A DNA stretch of 64,000 nt from Mobula birostris (lineage: Eukaryota), in contig NC_092379.1 in the NCBI RefSeq assembly GCF_030028105.1, forward strand, positions 45,618,150 through 45,682,149. The letters run 5' to 3'. Shown piece by piece: positions 39,111-51,312 of this stretch. Within the stretch, counting starts at the first letter, position 1. Each line of letters begins with the position of its first letter. Position numbers and translations under genes: made by a program. Below the pieces are notes generated by a model. The model was given only the letters and a program-made list of their open reading frames with translations. It was not told the DNA's origin and searched no databases.

Positions 39111-41639
39111 CAATGTTTCCCGTCAGGTATGCGTGTGTGCGTTCACATGTATGTTTTGCTATGAGTGTACAAAGGAATTTAAACTGCGCACAAAAGGTTG
39201 TTACCCTTTATCTCGTTGGCATTTTAAGTATATTCCACGAACGTTTCCTTTTCCGGTTTCTGAATCAATGGTGTCGCTAACGTGGTGTACGTGATACTTT
39301 GTCTACAGATTTTAGGACTGGGTTAGTTATACTGTTTTTACTGAAGAAATTATTCAGTGTGCACATGTGGTCACTGGGCAAACAATTGCACAACACACGA
39401 TTTTTGAGAATAGTGGTCATTACAAATGAGAGGAAACATTGGTATTCGGCCCAAGATAGTTCCTCTGAGATGACGACACTCAGGAACTTGAATCTGTTTA
39501 TCTGTTTCACCACTGACCCATCAATTACCGTAGGACCAGGGACTCATTTCAAAGACTTGAAGATACAGCAGCAAGGTTGATTGGCTTAGGACAACACTTA
39601 TAGTAATTTTACCATATAGAAATCAGAAAGGCTGAACAAATTGGAAGACCTCCTTCCAAACACGTGATAAATTGAATTGCAATCCATTATTGAACTTCAG
39701 GCCCATTCACTAAAATCACAGCGACAATCTAATGTTGTTCGGAAAGTCAAAAACCATCTTAGCAGCCACCACTTTTCAAACTCTTGGATGAATCTATCAA
39801 ACGCGTGCTCCAACAATTGGATCTGTACTATTAACCTGCCGATTGTAATAGAATTGAATACCCTTCTTTTTTGCAATTTTTGACTTCTGACTCATTCTGG
39901 AATGTAACCTCTGACGGAATATGGCACAAAATATCTTTTAGAATACCATCTGATGTCTTGCTGTTTCCCATTATTGATTCCAAAATGACTTAGAGAAACA
40001 GAGTTTTAATGTTTTCATCAGCGTATGCTTGAAGCGCACACGCCATATTGGGCATCTGTATATATTAATCGTACTGGTGATCGGTTCTAAAATCTTATCT
40101 GAAGAGTTTCTGAGGCTAGCGAGTTTCTGAGGCCACTGTTCAAAACACATGTATTGGAAAATCGTAGGTTAAAGACACAATTGAATCAGATGTTCACTTT
40201 CGTCCAACATCACCAATGAATATGCTTGTGGCTTTGATTTTTCAACGCAGTGCAGGTGGCAGCTCCGCTCACTGAAACAGTTGTACAAAACTACTGCCGC
40301 CTCCACCCACCTATTCTATCTGTCAATAATTGTATTCAGTGACTCATCCCGTAGTTTTACTTCTTGAAATTAAACTAATGCCTCCTTCTAAAAGCAGCAC
40401 GGGGCAAACCCGACCCCAGATGTTGCGGTTTTCAATGAACAACAGATGGACAATAACGTATGGCAACTTAAGATAAGGATGCAACAGTCAATTACTGGTC
40501 GTTCAGCACGTTACATTCTTTTGTTGGGCTATTCTTTCACAACAGAATGGAGCAACGAAGAGAGGAATTGATTTTCAAAGCTCCATCAGCTAATTTTAAG
40601 CACCAACCTCCTTACATCCAGACATGGTACCAGGAATCAAGAATCACCCTAAGCTGTCAGTATGAATGCACATGCATAAAATCACAGCAATATCATTATA
40701 TGTTCTCTTGTTAGGCTGACGAAATTTTGAATATCGATTTCAATGTCAAACTTTTTCTGCGCCTTGGTTACTGCTCTGACATGGGTAGCACATTAATTTC
40801 AAAAGATAATAAAGTATTTTGTTGGAATACTCGGCCACCTCAAATGGTGTCACTGAACAGGCATGGCTCTCTCAGAGAAACTTGGTCTCTGATCTTGGTT
40901 CCCTTGTCTATCCAATTTATTCATTCGATTGCTATTAACAGGAAATAACATTTCATAATGAAGTAAAAACTGAGGATGCCAGTGACGAGTCCAAACCCAC
41001 ATCAGTCTCTATGTAAAATGCATGGCATTTCAAATTTTCAATTTCAAATTTTCAAATTTCCCTCTTTTCAAATTTCCCTCTCACCATCAATGCATGCTCT
41101 CTGGTACTACACATTTCAATCCTGTTGAAAATATTTCGGTTTCCTGCACTTTATATGCTTCCCGTAATTTTCTAACGTGCTCTCAGTTCTCTCCTTCGTA
41201 GGCCACTCAAGTACAAACAACCCTAGTTTCCCCAAGCTCTCCTTATACGGACGTTACCTCTAATCCGGACAGAATCCTTATAAACCTCTTCTGCACATAT
41301 CAAATTGCAACTTTACTTCGTGAGGCTTGAACACATATCTCTGACTAATAAAATCAAACATGCGATTCGCTTTCTTTACCACACTATCAAATTGTGCTGC
41401 CACTCTGAATGAGCTGTCGACATGGACCCCCAAGATCGCTGTCTACCTGAAAGGCGCACAGACATATGACATGCTCGCCTGGGGTCTCCCAACTTCTCTG
41501 AAAACGCGCCCCACTCCCCCGTTTGTCGAGCTTATCAGAGAATTAAGCGAGGAGGAGAATGCGACAGAGGCGCGTCACACCTCCGTCAGCAGGGTACAGT
41601 CCTTGGTAGTAGCCTCCGTTGCTAGTGATCCCTGATAGC

Positions 41640-44290
41640 CCTCATTTGGGGGTGATAAGGGAACTCGTGGCAGAGTTTAGAAGTGAGATATCCACGTTGT
41701 TATCTGCGGGTGCGACCATCCCGCATGACAAAGCCGACTAGCAGTCCAACCCTCTGACGGGACGGACTAAGCGGAGGGGTGCGAGTGAACGGGGTCCAGC
41801 GAGAAGGGGAGCGACCGGTATTGTCTGCGATAACTGTGGGGTAGAGAAACACTTCAGGCGGGTTCGTCAGGGCCGGGAAATCTTCGGAGAGTGAGCCCCC
41901 AGCTACCTAAGTGGAGAAAGACATCCGAAATTTGGAACCCAGTGAGGGAACGGCCTGGCTTCTCGGGGGGGGGGGGGAATACGTTCCAATCAATGTATCA
42001 ACGAAGACCCTAAAGCAAAAAAAAAAAAAATCCTATCCTGAAGGCCTAGTGGCCCCAGGCTCCAATGTATCGCTACGGATCGAGGGTATTTGTGCCAGAG
42101 CCACATTTGACACAGGCTCTCAGATTACTCTGCTGCACCGTATGTTTTACAACCGGTATTTGACGCATTTACCATTGACGCAGTTCAATGCGCTAAAGGT
42201 CTGGAGTCTTAGTACGGATGGCGGCTCGTATGCTGGTCACTTGTCCTTGAATCTGGAGTTTTCGGAGGAAGATGAAGGAGTAGCTGAGGTCCTTGATACA
42301 TTTGTGTTAGTTTGTCCGGACCCGGTCGAAAAGGGTGAAACTTCAGTTCTTGTGGGGACGAATACCCCTATTGTGAGGAGGCTAATGGGAGCCTGCAAGG
42401 AAAAAGTTGGAGCGAGTTTTCAGAGAACATTGTCTCCGAACTGCTTCTGAGGAAGTTTGTGGCCGCACTGGGCTGGATGATGAGCATAAACGAGGGACTG
42501 TGTGGTAAACCCAGTCCAACCAGTCGTGTTACGGCCTGAGGAAGTAGCTAAAGTGACGGGAAACTCCAGATTTCCCGGAATGCCTGATGTCAAGGACCTC
42601 TTGGTGGATGCTCCGGAAGACCACGAAGAGAAGTCATCCTGACCTGCGGGGGTATTGGTGAGACTCGAGCTGCAGAAGCCCTCGGTTACGCAAGTGAACG
42701 GGATGACATTCATTGTCACGAACACCTCGGGGCTGGAGCGCACCCTTAGCCGGCGTATGCCAATGGCATACCGCTTTCCGGCGACAGTAAAATCTAGTGT
42801 CCCTGTGAAACAATTCGGGAAGAAACTCTCTCCAAAAAAGGGAAATCTGACTTCTGAGTCATCCAACTTCGGGGACTCCCCGGTACCTGGAAGTTGGAAG
42901 GGAAGGTTGACAGAGAAGATGTTGAAGCTGGAAGATGTCTTTTCCACTGACGAGTTTGATGTGGGTTGTTCCAAGAGCACTCGCTACACCATTCAGGAGA
43001 CAGAGAACACCCCGTTCAGAGACAGGTAGCGGCGACTAGCGTTTGCAGAGCTGTGGACGTTCTGCAGTATCTGTGGAAGCTGAAGGAAGCTGGGATCATC
43101 ACTGGGTCGAGAAGTCCTTATCCGTCTGTAAACATGGTGGCCAGGAAGAAGAATGGGAAGGTACGGATGTTTGTGGACTATGGGGCTCTGAACAGGCGTA
43201 CAGTCGCCGACCAGTATACTGTTCCCAGAATGGTGGACACGTCGGCCTGCCTGAGTGGTGCGAAGTGGTTTAGTGTGCTGGAAGTAAGGAGTGAATATAT
43301 CGGATACTCATGAGTGTGGCTGACAAAGAAAAGACGGCTACTGAGATTCTTCCAGTTTGTATAGCCCAGGGCATATCAGGAGCCCCTGGCGACTTTCCAG
43401 TGTGTCATGCAAAAAGCTGTGGGGGATATGAACGTGCTTAAGGTGTTGCTGTACCTGGATGATCTGACAGTATTCCCGTACACCTTGAAGAAATATGAGG
43501 CTAGGCTACTGAAAGATGCTGGGCTGCCTGAAAGCTGCAGGATAAAACTTTCCCTGGACAAGTATCAGGACGTCTGTCAACTATGTGGCGTACATAGGCT
43601 CACGGTATGGAGTAGCTACTGATCCGTCAAAGATAGAGGCAGTGACCACATGGCCAAGGCCCCAGTCTGTGAGCGGGCTGCCTCGTTCCTTGAATTCTGT
43701 GAGAACTATCAGAGGTTCGTGAGGGACAATTCTAAAGTGAGTTACCACTTAAATCAGCTTCTGTGCTTTTAAGCTCCCATGGGGAAGAAAAGGAGGAGGA
43801 CGGGAAGAAAGCTAGTAAAGATTATTTCAGCCCTTCGGATGTTTTTAGAGCGAGATGGGATCCAAAATCTGACGAGGCCTATCAGTTGCTAAAGGAGCTG
43901 TTGACGAAAAAGCCTGTGCTGGGTTTCGCAGACCCCCGATTTCCGTAGGTACTGCATAGTGATGCCAGCAGACAGGGCTCAGGGGAGTTCTGTATCGGGA
44001 TCAGGGCACAGGGTTGACACCTGTCGCTTTCGTCAGCTGCAGTCAGTCACCCTCTGAGCGAAACTACCCACCACACAAGTTAGAGTTCCTGGCATTGAAA
44101 TGAGCTGTGGAGGATAAACGAAGTGACTATATGTATGGTGTCTAGTTCGAGGTCAGGACGGACAGCAACCCATTTACTTATATCCTGACCTCGGCGAAAT
44201 TGGATGCCACAGGCCATCGGTGGTTGGCGGCATTGTCTGCTAATGAGATCTTCCTGAAATGCCGGCCGGGGAGTCGGTACATTGATAGCA
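41640..44290 (+). mobile_element. Ty3/Gypsy element A: gag zinc knuckle, protease, RT, RNase H (degenerate)
   Basis: VCDNCGVEKHF, ATFDTGSQITL, KKNGKVRMFVDYGALN, LLYLDDL, LHSDAS, SERNYPPHKLEFLALK, AKLDATGHRWLAAL. Confidence 0.88.
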
Positions 44291-45279
44291 ACTGGAGCCT
44301 TACCTGACAGGTCAAATTTGCCGCATGGCACAACGTTGAGCCCCACCAAAACGGCGATGGACCTTGTCCTAGCACCGGAGGGAGCTGCCCTGCGGGCCCT
44401 GCTTGACCTAACGCCGGCTGAGAAGCATGACTATAGGGCTATCCAAGCGGCGCAGGAGCTGCGTTTCTGGCAGAGGCCATTGGAGGAAACAATGAGAGAA
44501 GAATTGGGCAGCAGGTGTCGCCGTGTAGGAGAAAGCCTGGAGGGCGTTCGCAGCAGATCTCCGCCACTATGCTCGTCATGGCTTACCCCAGTTCCTTTCC
44601 GCGGTCCAAGAAGAGCTTGCCCTGCACGGCTTTGGAAAGGCGCTCACGCCGGAGCGTCTTCGGCAGCATGTTCCCCTAACATTACCATCATCTCTGGCAG
44701 AGGCAGAAGGGCGAAGCAACTTCACTCTCCCAAGCCATTCTAGTGTTATTCGGCACGCCGCGAGGCTGGGCTTATGTCAACGAGGTGGAGGATGAAACTG
44801 ACGAAGAGGAGCCCGTGAGACAATTCCAATCAGCACCGCTCAGACCCCATGGCGTGCCACGGACTGGTCTCTGCTATCAGTATGGCAAGGCAAGCCATCT
44901 GGCTTGGAATTGTTCTGCAAGAGTGCCACGCCATAGCCCAGCGCAGCCAGCCGGCGCCGCTCGACACCTCCAGCAGAATCCTTCGGTTGTCGCCTCTCCG
45001 GGTGCGACGTTTGGGTGAAGAACAAGGCTTTTGCGTGGACTGCGCGGTACAGGGCATCAGAGGTCTTGCGTTGCTGGACACGGTGTCAATCCTCACCATT
45101 ACCTATCCGGCTTTCCTCGCAAGACGGCCCATCCACACTGCCTGGGTGGATAACCACGCCGATCCAGCGGGCTACGGTTACTGGCAACTGTGCAGCGCTG
45201 AGAGGGAAGAGGTGGCTACACATCGCAGTGGGGAAAACATAGTAGAATACGAGGTGCGTATGGCTGACATCCGTGCCGT
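44290..45279 (+). mobile_element. Ty3/Gypsy element B: gag and protease region (degenerate)
   Basis: LVLAPEGAALRALLDLTPAEKHDY..., degenerate zinc knuckle CYQYGKASHLAWNC, protease-like GLALLDTVSILT. Confidence 0.65.
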
Positions 45280-45469
45280 TGTCTGGTCCATGAAGTCCGC
45301 ATTCCGGTTCACGGACCGGTCCATCGATCCTTATTCCAGGTTTTCCGGTTTCCCTTGTTCTGTTGGGTGCCTAAATTGGAGCAGGTGATTCTCATTTTGA
45401 GCTGGCTACATAAATAGCTCCTGGGTTCATCTTCAGTTGCTGGACTGTTCCCTTCCCTTCCCTTCCTTT

Positions 45470-45650
45470 TGAAGCCTTGCCTAAAGCCTTACCTGAAGCC
45501 TAGCCTGAAACTTTTGCCTGAAGCCTTTGCCTGAAGCCTTTGCCTGCAATCTTTGCCTGAAGCCTTGCCTACAACCTTTGTCTGAAGCCTTGCCTGCAAC
45601 CTTTGTCTGAAGCCTTGCCTGCAACCCTTGCCTGAAGTCTTGTCTGCGTC
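45470..45650. repeat. Degenerate 12-13 bp tandem repeat (gaagccttgcct-like)
   Basis: Read directly; roughly 14-15 imperfect copies. Confidence 0.85.
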
Positions 45651-46080
45651 CTTGCCCGTATTGCTGTCAAATCCTGCTGCCGGACCAAGACCGGAGCCTT
45701 GTTGTGTCTAGATAAGGTAATGTATTTCGTTGTTTGGAACTGTCGCTTTGTATCCTCGCCTTCGCTAGGTAAGTCCGGCCGTTTGCCACTACCTTGAGTT
45801 CGGAACTGTCTCTGTGTTCACTCCTTCGCTAGGTAGGTCTGGCCGTTTGTCTCTGCCTTGTGTTGAGAATCGCCTCTTTGTGCCCTCCCCTCGCTGGGTA
45901 GGTCCAGCAGTATGCCGCTACCTTGAGTGGATATCTGTCTCTCAGTGTTCTGTGTATGAGTCCCGGCCCTACGTTCTGCTCCCTAGGAGGGGTGCTGATT
46001 CTGTGTAGAGCCCCGGCCCCAAGTCCTGTTCCCAAGGAGGGGCCCCGACTCTGTGCTCCATGTTTCTGTTCTCCCAAGAC

Positions 46081-46896
46081 CAAGTCCCTGTGTTCCAGTT
46101 CTGCCAAGACCAAGACCCTGTGTTCCAGTTCTGCCAAGACCAAGACCCTGTGTTCCAGTTCTGCCAAGACCAAGACCCTGTGTTCCAGTTCTGCCAAGAC
46201 CAAGACCCTGTGTTCCAGTTCTGCCAAGACCAAGACCCTGTGTTCCAGTTCTGCCAAGACCAAGACCCTGTGTTCCAGTTCTGCCAAGACCAAGTCTCTG
46301 TGTTCCAGTTCTGCCAAGACCAAGTCTCTGTGTTCCAGTTCTGCCAAGACCAAGTCTCTGTGTTCCAGTTCTGCCAAGACCAAGTCTCTGTGTTCCAGTT
46401 CTGCCAAGACCAAGTCTCTGTGTTCCAGTTCTGCCAAGACCAAGTCTCTGTGTTCCAGTTCTGCCAAGACCAAGTCTCTGTGTTCCAGTTCTGCCAAGAC
46501 CAAGTCTCTGTGTTCCAGTTCTGCCAAGACCAAGTCTCTGTGTTCCAGTTCTGCCAAGACCAAGTCTCTGTGTTCCAGTTCTGCCAAGACCAAGTCTCTG
46601 TGTTCCAGTTCTGCCAAGACCAAGTCTCTGTGTTCCAGTTCTGCCAAGACCAAGTCTCTGTGTTCCAGTTCTGCCAAGACCAAGTCTCTGTGTTCCAGTT
46701 CTGCCAAGACCAAGTCTCTGTGTTCCAGTTCTGCCAAGACCAAGTCTCTGTGTTCCAGTTCTGCCAAGACCAAGTCTCTGTGTTCCAGTTCTGCCAAGAC
46801 CAAGTCTCTGTGTTCCAGTTCTGCCAAGACCAAGTCTCTGTGTTCCAGTTCTCTCAAGACCAAGTCTCTGTGTTCCAGTTCTCTCAAGACCAAGTC
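46081..46896. repeat. 30-bp minisatellite, 27 full units (caagtctctgtgttccagttctgccaagac)
   Basis: Counted directly: 1 tcc unit, 6 acc units, 18 tct units, 2 terminal ctctc units. Confidence 0.97.
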
Positions 46897-47229
46897 AAGG
46901 CATCGTGTTCTCGTCCTTTCCATGTGCCTCGTCCTGCGCAGGAGTTCCTCGTCCAGTCCCGTAGACACGCCACGTCCTGTAGCCACGCCTTGTCCTCGCC
47001 TGGATCCGGAGTCCGAGCCCGAGTCAAGACCCAGATTCCGGATCCCTGTCCAGTCTCTGGCTAGGAGTCCTTCTCCAGGTTCCAAGTTCCTAATTCCTCG
47101 TCCAGGTCCAGCTTTCTTAACCCTGTTCCTAGTACTTCAGTGTTTGTGTCATGCATTTGGGACCGCCACCAGCAAGTCCTGCCTCATTGTCCTGAACCTG
47201 CTATCCCGCTGGGGGTGGGGGGGGGGGGG

Positions 47230-48203
47230 GAGGTGGCGAGGCCTGGATGTACTGTGGACAATACTCTACTCCGGCATGGAACCTTCAGAAAGCGGACCTG
47301 GCGGGGGCAGCAAAATGCACCACGGTCTCACAGCGACCCGCGACAGTGCAGGACACCGTGAGGTGGCCCAACGCAACACAGCGACACTAGGGGCAAGCGC
47401 TTATGGCGGCGCTTCAGATGGCAGCTGGCGGCGATGTAGACTTCCCCACCATTGACCAGCAGCTGCACAGCGGACAGGTGAGTGATCCTCTGCTGGTCTG
47501 AGTAAAGGGATTGCTGAGCGTGGGACGATGGCCAGAGTGGGCAGAGGTCTCCGCCCTAGACCCTATTCTCTCAGTGGGCACGCTGGAGAAGCGAGACGGG
47601 TTGCTGTTCTGGCCGTGGCCATGGGGTTACGGTCCGTGCACGGTCTGGTGGGGCAGATTGTTTCGGGGTCGCAAAGACGTTGGGCAAGTTGCGCGAACGC
47701 TTCTATTGGCCAGGGGACAGGCAGGACGTGGAGGTGTTCGTTCACTACAAAGATGCTTGCACGTCCCAGAAAGAGCCGGAGTACCAGGTGGAGGCCCCGG
47801 TATGGGTCTACTACCGCAGCCGGAAGAAGAGACTATCCCCTAGTTTGTAATCCATTAGAAGGGGCCGGGAGAGCTGCTCGACAGCATCTCCGATGTGGTA
47901 TACCGAGTGTGGTTGCCTGAGTGGCCGAAGCCAGTCGTGCCGAACTGGGACCGGCTGGCACTATTTGCTCCTGTATTTGTGCGTCACAGTGATTGTAACC
48001 AGGGTATGTAGTAATCACCTCCCCGTCTACATGTGACTGAGTGGGTTTCTCCTCGGGACATAGCGCCCGGTGCTTGTCCCAATAAAATCGGCTGTTGAAT
48101 TAAACGAGCTTAACGAGCTTTTTTTTTCGTCTGTCATCATGGACTAAATGCACGCCACTGTGTATCTCATCACTAACGTCGGAGGTTCTGGTACGGAACA
48201 ACA
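47230..48203 (+). mobile_element. Gypsy integrase C-terminal relic and putative 3' LTR (48007-48203)
   Basis: WVYYRSRKKRLSP...ISDVVYRVWL (typical Gypsy IN tail); TGTAG...ACAACA block containing AATAAA. Confidence 0.6.
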
Positions 48204-48224
48204 TTAGTGACGTACTTGCAACCA

Positions 48225-48610
48225 GAACCATCAATCAAGTTCTACACTCTGTCTTCGGTAGGTAATACAGTCATGAATCCAAACGGCCAAGTCACCATGG
48301 ATAGCATGCTTCTTAATCTTCTGTACGAGTCTCCCATGAGTGGCTTTCTCGCATATCTCCCTAAAGTCCACGTAGACATATTCTAACTCTCTACCTTCAT
48401 CAATCATCTCCATCACCTTCTCGAAACCTTCAGTACTGATACTAAGAGATGACCTGCCTCGTACAAAGCTAGGCTGATGATCCCTAATTAGGCTATGCTT
48501 TTCCAAATGCTCGTAAACACTATTTCTAAGAATCCTCTACATTAGTTTCCCTACCACCGACAATAAGATCCACCAATATATTATTTCCAGATTAACACCA
48601 TTTCCATTCC
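48225..48610 (-). mobile_element. CR1 RT fragment
   Basis: SLIRDHQPSFVRGRS...VYVDFREICEKATHGRLV. Confidence 0.75.
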
Positions 48611-50250
48611 TGAATAAAGGACCAACATTCCTCCCCCACGCCCCCGGCACCCAACAGCATCTTCCCTCAGGGTGTGAGAATAATGAATACCCAACCAACA
48701 CCTATGTATCGTCTCTAGGACAGCGTACTGCTTACTGTACTGTTTACTATTTATCTGTGCTCTGCATTACTACATACATTTATAATTATAATTTGCTAAC
48801 TTATTTATAGTATACTTTGGTGTTTTGTATGTGTGTGATATATGTTGTGTAGATGCAACGTCGTCCGGAGGAACGTTGTTTCGTTTGGTTGTCTATATGT
48901 GCACTCAAATGACAAGAAACGAACTTCAAGTTGAACTTGTACAAATATGTTGGTCATGGCGCCAGCAATCACCGTTCTCGCCTTTCTCTAGAATACTTCA
49001 ATAGGCCCTGCAAACACTTCAAGACGAATGATTTTAAAGATATTCCTAATCTCAAAATGTCCTGGCAAATTAGCATGCTCCACTCTGGTCTCACTACCCT
49101 CTAATTCTCTCCCCTTGGTAAAACATATGCAAAGTACACCTTAGGACTGAACGCTCATAATCGCTCTCCAAAAGCATGCTTCCTACTTTATCCATGAATG
49201 GTTCTATCCTCCACCGAGTAATCTTTGTTTCTTAATGTATGTATCCGACTTGCCAAAATATGGCTCGTTCTCTCGTTCTCTCGTTCTCTCCCCCCACCTC
49301 TCTCTCTCTCTCTCTCTCTCACTCGCTCTTCTAATTTTCTTATTCAATTCTTTTCTGTCTTATTTATATTTTTTCAGTATCACTGTTCGATTTTATCTCC
49401 CTAAACCTTAAGCATGCTTTCTTTATCTTCTTGACGAAATTTGCCACGTATGCCGCTATCCACTCTTCCCAAGAAGTTATATATTCCATTAAAATTATGT
49501 ATTTTATGCATATCGGCTACCCTCAGAAGTTAATCATTTATCATATTCACTGCCCATCTTCTCCCTTTGACATCCTTATGGAATGTCGTCCGTAGTTTGC
49601 CATGTTGTTCGAATTTGACAAATCCCTACACAATGAACAATCTGATAGAATCTTCGTCCCTAAATCCATCTCCTTTCTGTCTTCGGATCAGAAATAACTC
49701 CGATTACTACCCTAAATTAGGCAGATCTGAGTTTTTTCATCTCAATGCTTTCTGTCTGGTCGAGTTCCTCCAGTATCTTGTGTGTTGCTTCGTTACTATC
49801 CACGCACATTGCAGGCGAAGTCACTAAACCACAATTGATAATAAATTTCGGCTCAGATTTTGTTACTAGGGCTGGCATCAGATTCATGTTGACTACCATT
49901 GGTGAATAGAGGAAGCAAATTAGAGAGACAAGGATGTGCTCAGTTTGTCTGCATCAATAGGAATAATCTTTAGTTATTCGTGGTGATGAACTGAATTGGT
50001 TTAGAGTATTTCCTGTGTCATAATGAACATTAGACTTTTAACGTCTACTTGCGAAGCTCTCTCCATATAACAGAGCAAAGAGAAATACATTCAGTGCGAT
50101 GGAAGGAAGCAATGAAGATCTTTCTCTAAATTTCTATCCATACATTCAAGTTAATGCGTCATATATTTTACCGATGTAATTATCGGATACGGTATAATGC
50201 ATATCATTATCCAAGCTATAATCGTAGTAAATGTGCAGTCATTCTGCATT

Positions 50251-50285
50251 ATGCAAATGAGGCCAGACTCTCGAGGCTTATAAAG
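50251..50285 (+). promoter_or_regulatory. IgNAR promoter: octamer ATGCAAAT (50251-50258) and TATA-like TTATAAAG (50278-50285)
   Basis: Exact Ig octamer about 20 bp upstream of a TATA-like box and about 120 bp upstream of the leader ATG. Confidence 0.8.
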
Positions 50286-50374
50286 TCTTTGCTTCTCCAC
50301 AAGGTTTCACAGACAGCCTGCGCTGATGTCTGGAACCTTCTCTGTTTAGCAGGCTTTCAGGTCGTGAAGGAACG

Positions 50375-50417
50375 ATGAATATTTTATGTGTTTCGATATT
50401 TTTAACCTGGTTGCCGA
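50375..50417 (+). CDS. IgNAR: IgNAR leader (signal peptide) exon: MNILCVSIFLTWLP
   Basis: Hydrophobic peptide resembling known IgNAR leaders (MNIF...WLP); phase-1 donor GTAAGT at 50418; 111-nt intron to ccttcAG at 50528. Confidence 0.92.
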
Positions 50418-50528
50418 GTAAGTGCAGTTAAGTTTTAAAGAGAATAATGGTTACTATATTGCCGTTGCGTTGTTAAATCCTGTGCTGCTTCAGATATGCG
50501 ATGATTAAGTATGTTTTCCTCCCTTCAG

Positions 50529-50800
50529 ATGCCTTCAGTGTATCGGTAGAACAGACACCAAGAGAAGCAACAAAACAACCAGGCGAAACTCTGACCATCA
50601 ACTGTGTTTTAAGAGATGCTTACTGTGGCCTGTATGACACATCATGGTTCATCCAACGACCGGGTCGATCGGATTGGGAGAGGCTATCTATTGGAGGACG
50701 ATATACGGAATCAGTCAACAAGCCAACGAAGTCCTTTTCCCTGCAAATCAGAAACCTAATCGCTGAAGACACGGCCACGTATTTTTGCAAAGCTAAAGAC
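50529..50800 (+). CDS. IgNAR: IgNAR variable segment (VNAR), germline, open frame, type II-like (extra Cys in CDR1)
   Basis: NAFS-VSVEQTPREATKQPGETLTINCVLRDAYCGLYDTSWF...SFSLQIRNLIAEDTATYFCKAKD; short FR2-CDR2 region (CDR2 deleted) characteristic of VNAR. Confidence 0.97.
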
Positions 50801-50838
50801 CACAGTAACGAAGCTGAGCACACGCCAATTCAAAAAGT
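50801..50838 (+). other. V 3' RSS: CACAGTA - 22 bp - TCAAAAAGT (23-type)
   Basis: Counted directly. Confidence 0.93.
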
Positions 50839-51033
50839 TTGAAAATCTTTCACGCGAGAATCTCTGACTGCTTCGCCCTTATGGAAAATAAAATTACTGA
50901 GCAGCAGTTGATTCCGCTGTAGAGCGAGCGTACATTAGTACTAAGTTGGCGACAGTCACAATGCCGCTTATATCCAAGTGGACGCAGTTGGAGGTGCAGC
51001 GTCAGTATTCTCCCAGAGTTATGTAAATGGAGA

Positions 51034-51114
51034 CCTTATTGCTATTGAATCAACCACTGTGCCAGTATATACTGTCACAGTGATCCAAAACACGGACTCT
51101 GCAATTCAAAAACC
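51034..51114 (+). other. IgNAR: D1 (51062-51075, CCAGTATATACTGT) with 5' 12-RSS (CCTTATTGC-12-CACTGTG) and 3' 23-RSS (CACAGTG-23-TCAAAAACC)
   Basis: Both heptamers consensus; spacers counted; 5' nonamer weak (5/9). Confidence 0.93.
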
Positions 51115-51312
51115 ACCAATGCATTTGGTAATTGGAGAAAAGTCAATGTTAACCCGCTCATGAACTGTACAATGCAGATATACAATGTATAAAACCGTAC
51201 ACTATTTTCGAAGGATTATTGGTTATAAAATAAGTTGTATAGAATAATGCGAAATTAAGCTAGAGTGTAATTTGCGCCGTGACCTCGGTTTCTTGTATTA
51301 ATGTAGAAGGAA

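Larger units (their letters stand above)
45280..47190 (+). mobile_element. LTR-like repeat with internal tandem expansions (same family as 18970-19436)
   Basis: Starts TGTC; homology to the 19 kb copy; right boundary uncertain. Confidence 0.65.

Noticed and set aside
46081-46896. Array as a CRISPR or an Ig switch region
   Set aside because: No unique spacers and a eukaryotic context; lacks AGCT/G-rich switch motifs, lies upstream of V rather than in the J-C intron, and is traceable to an LTR-like element
45829-47455. Long ORFs (418, 510, 303 and 334 aa) with 10-residue repeats such as ELEHRDLVLA
   Set aside because: Artefact of a stop-free 30-bp unit (multiple of 3), open in several frames on both strands at once; no gene context
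50957-50963. CACAATG heptamer between V and D1
   Set aside because: No nonamer-like sequence at 12 or 23 bp and no opposing heptamer
51287-51296. GGTTTCTTGT as the D2 5' nonamer
   Set aside because: 37 bp from the heptamer, fitting neither spacer class
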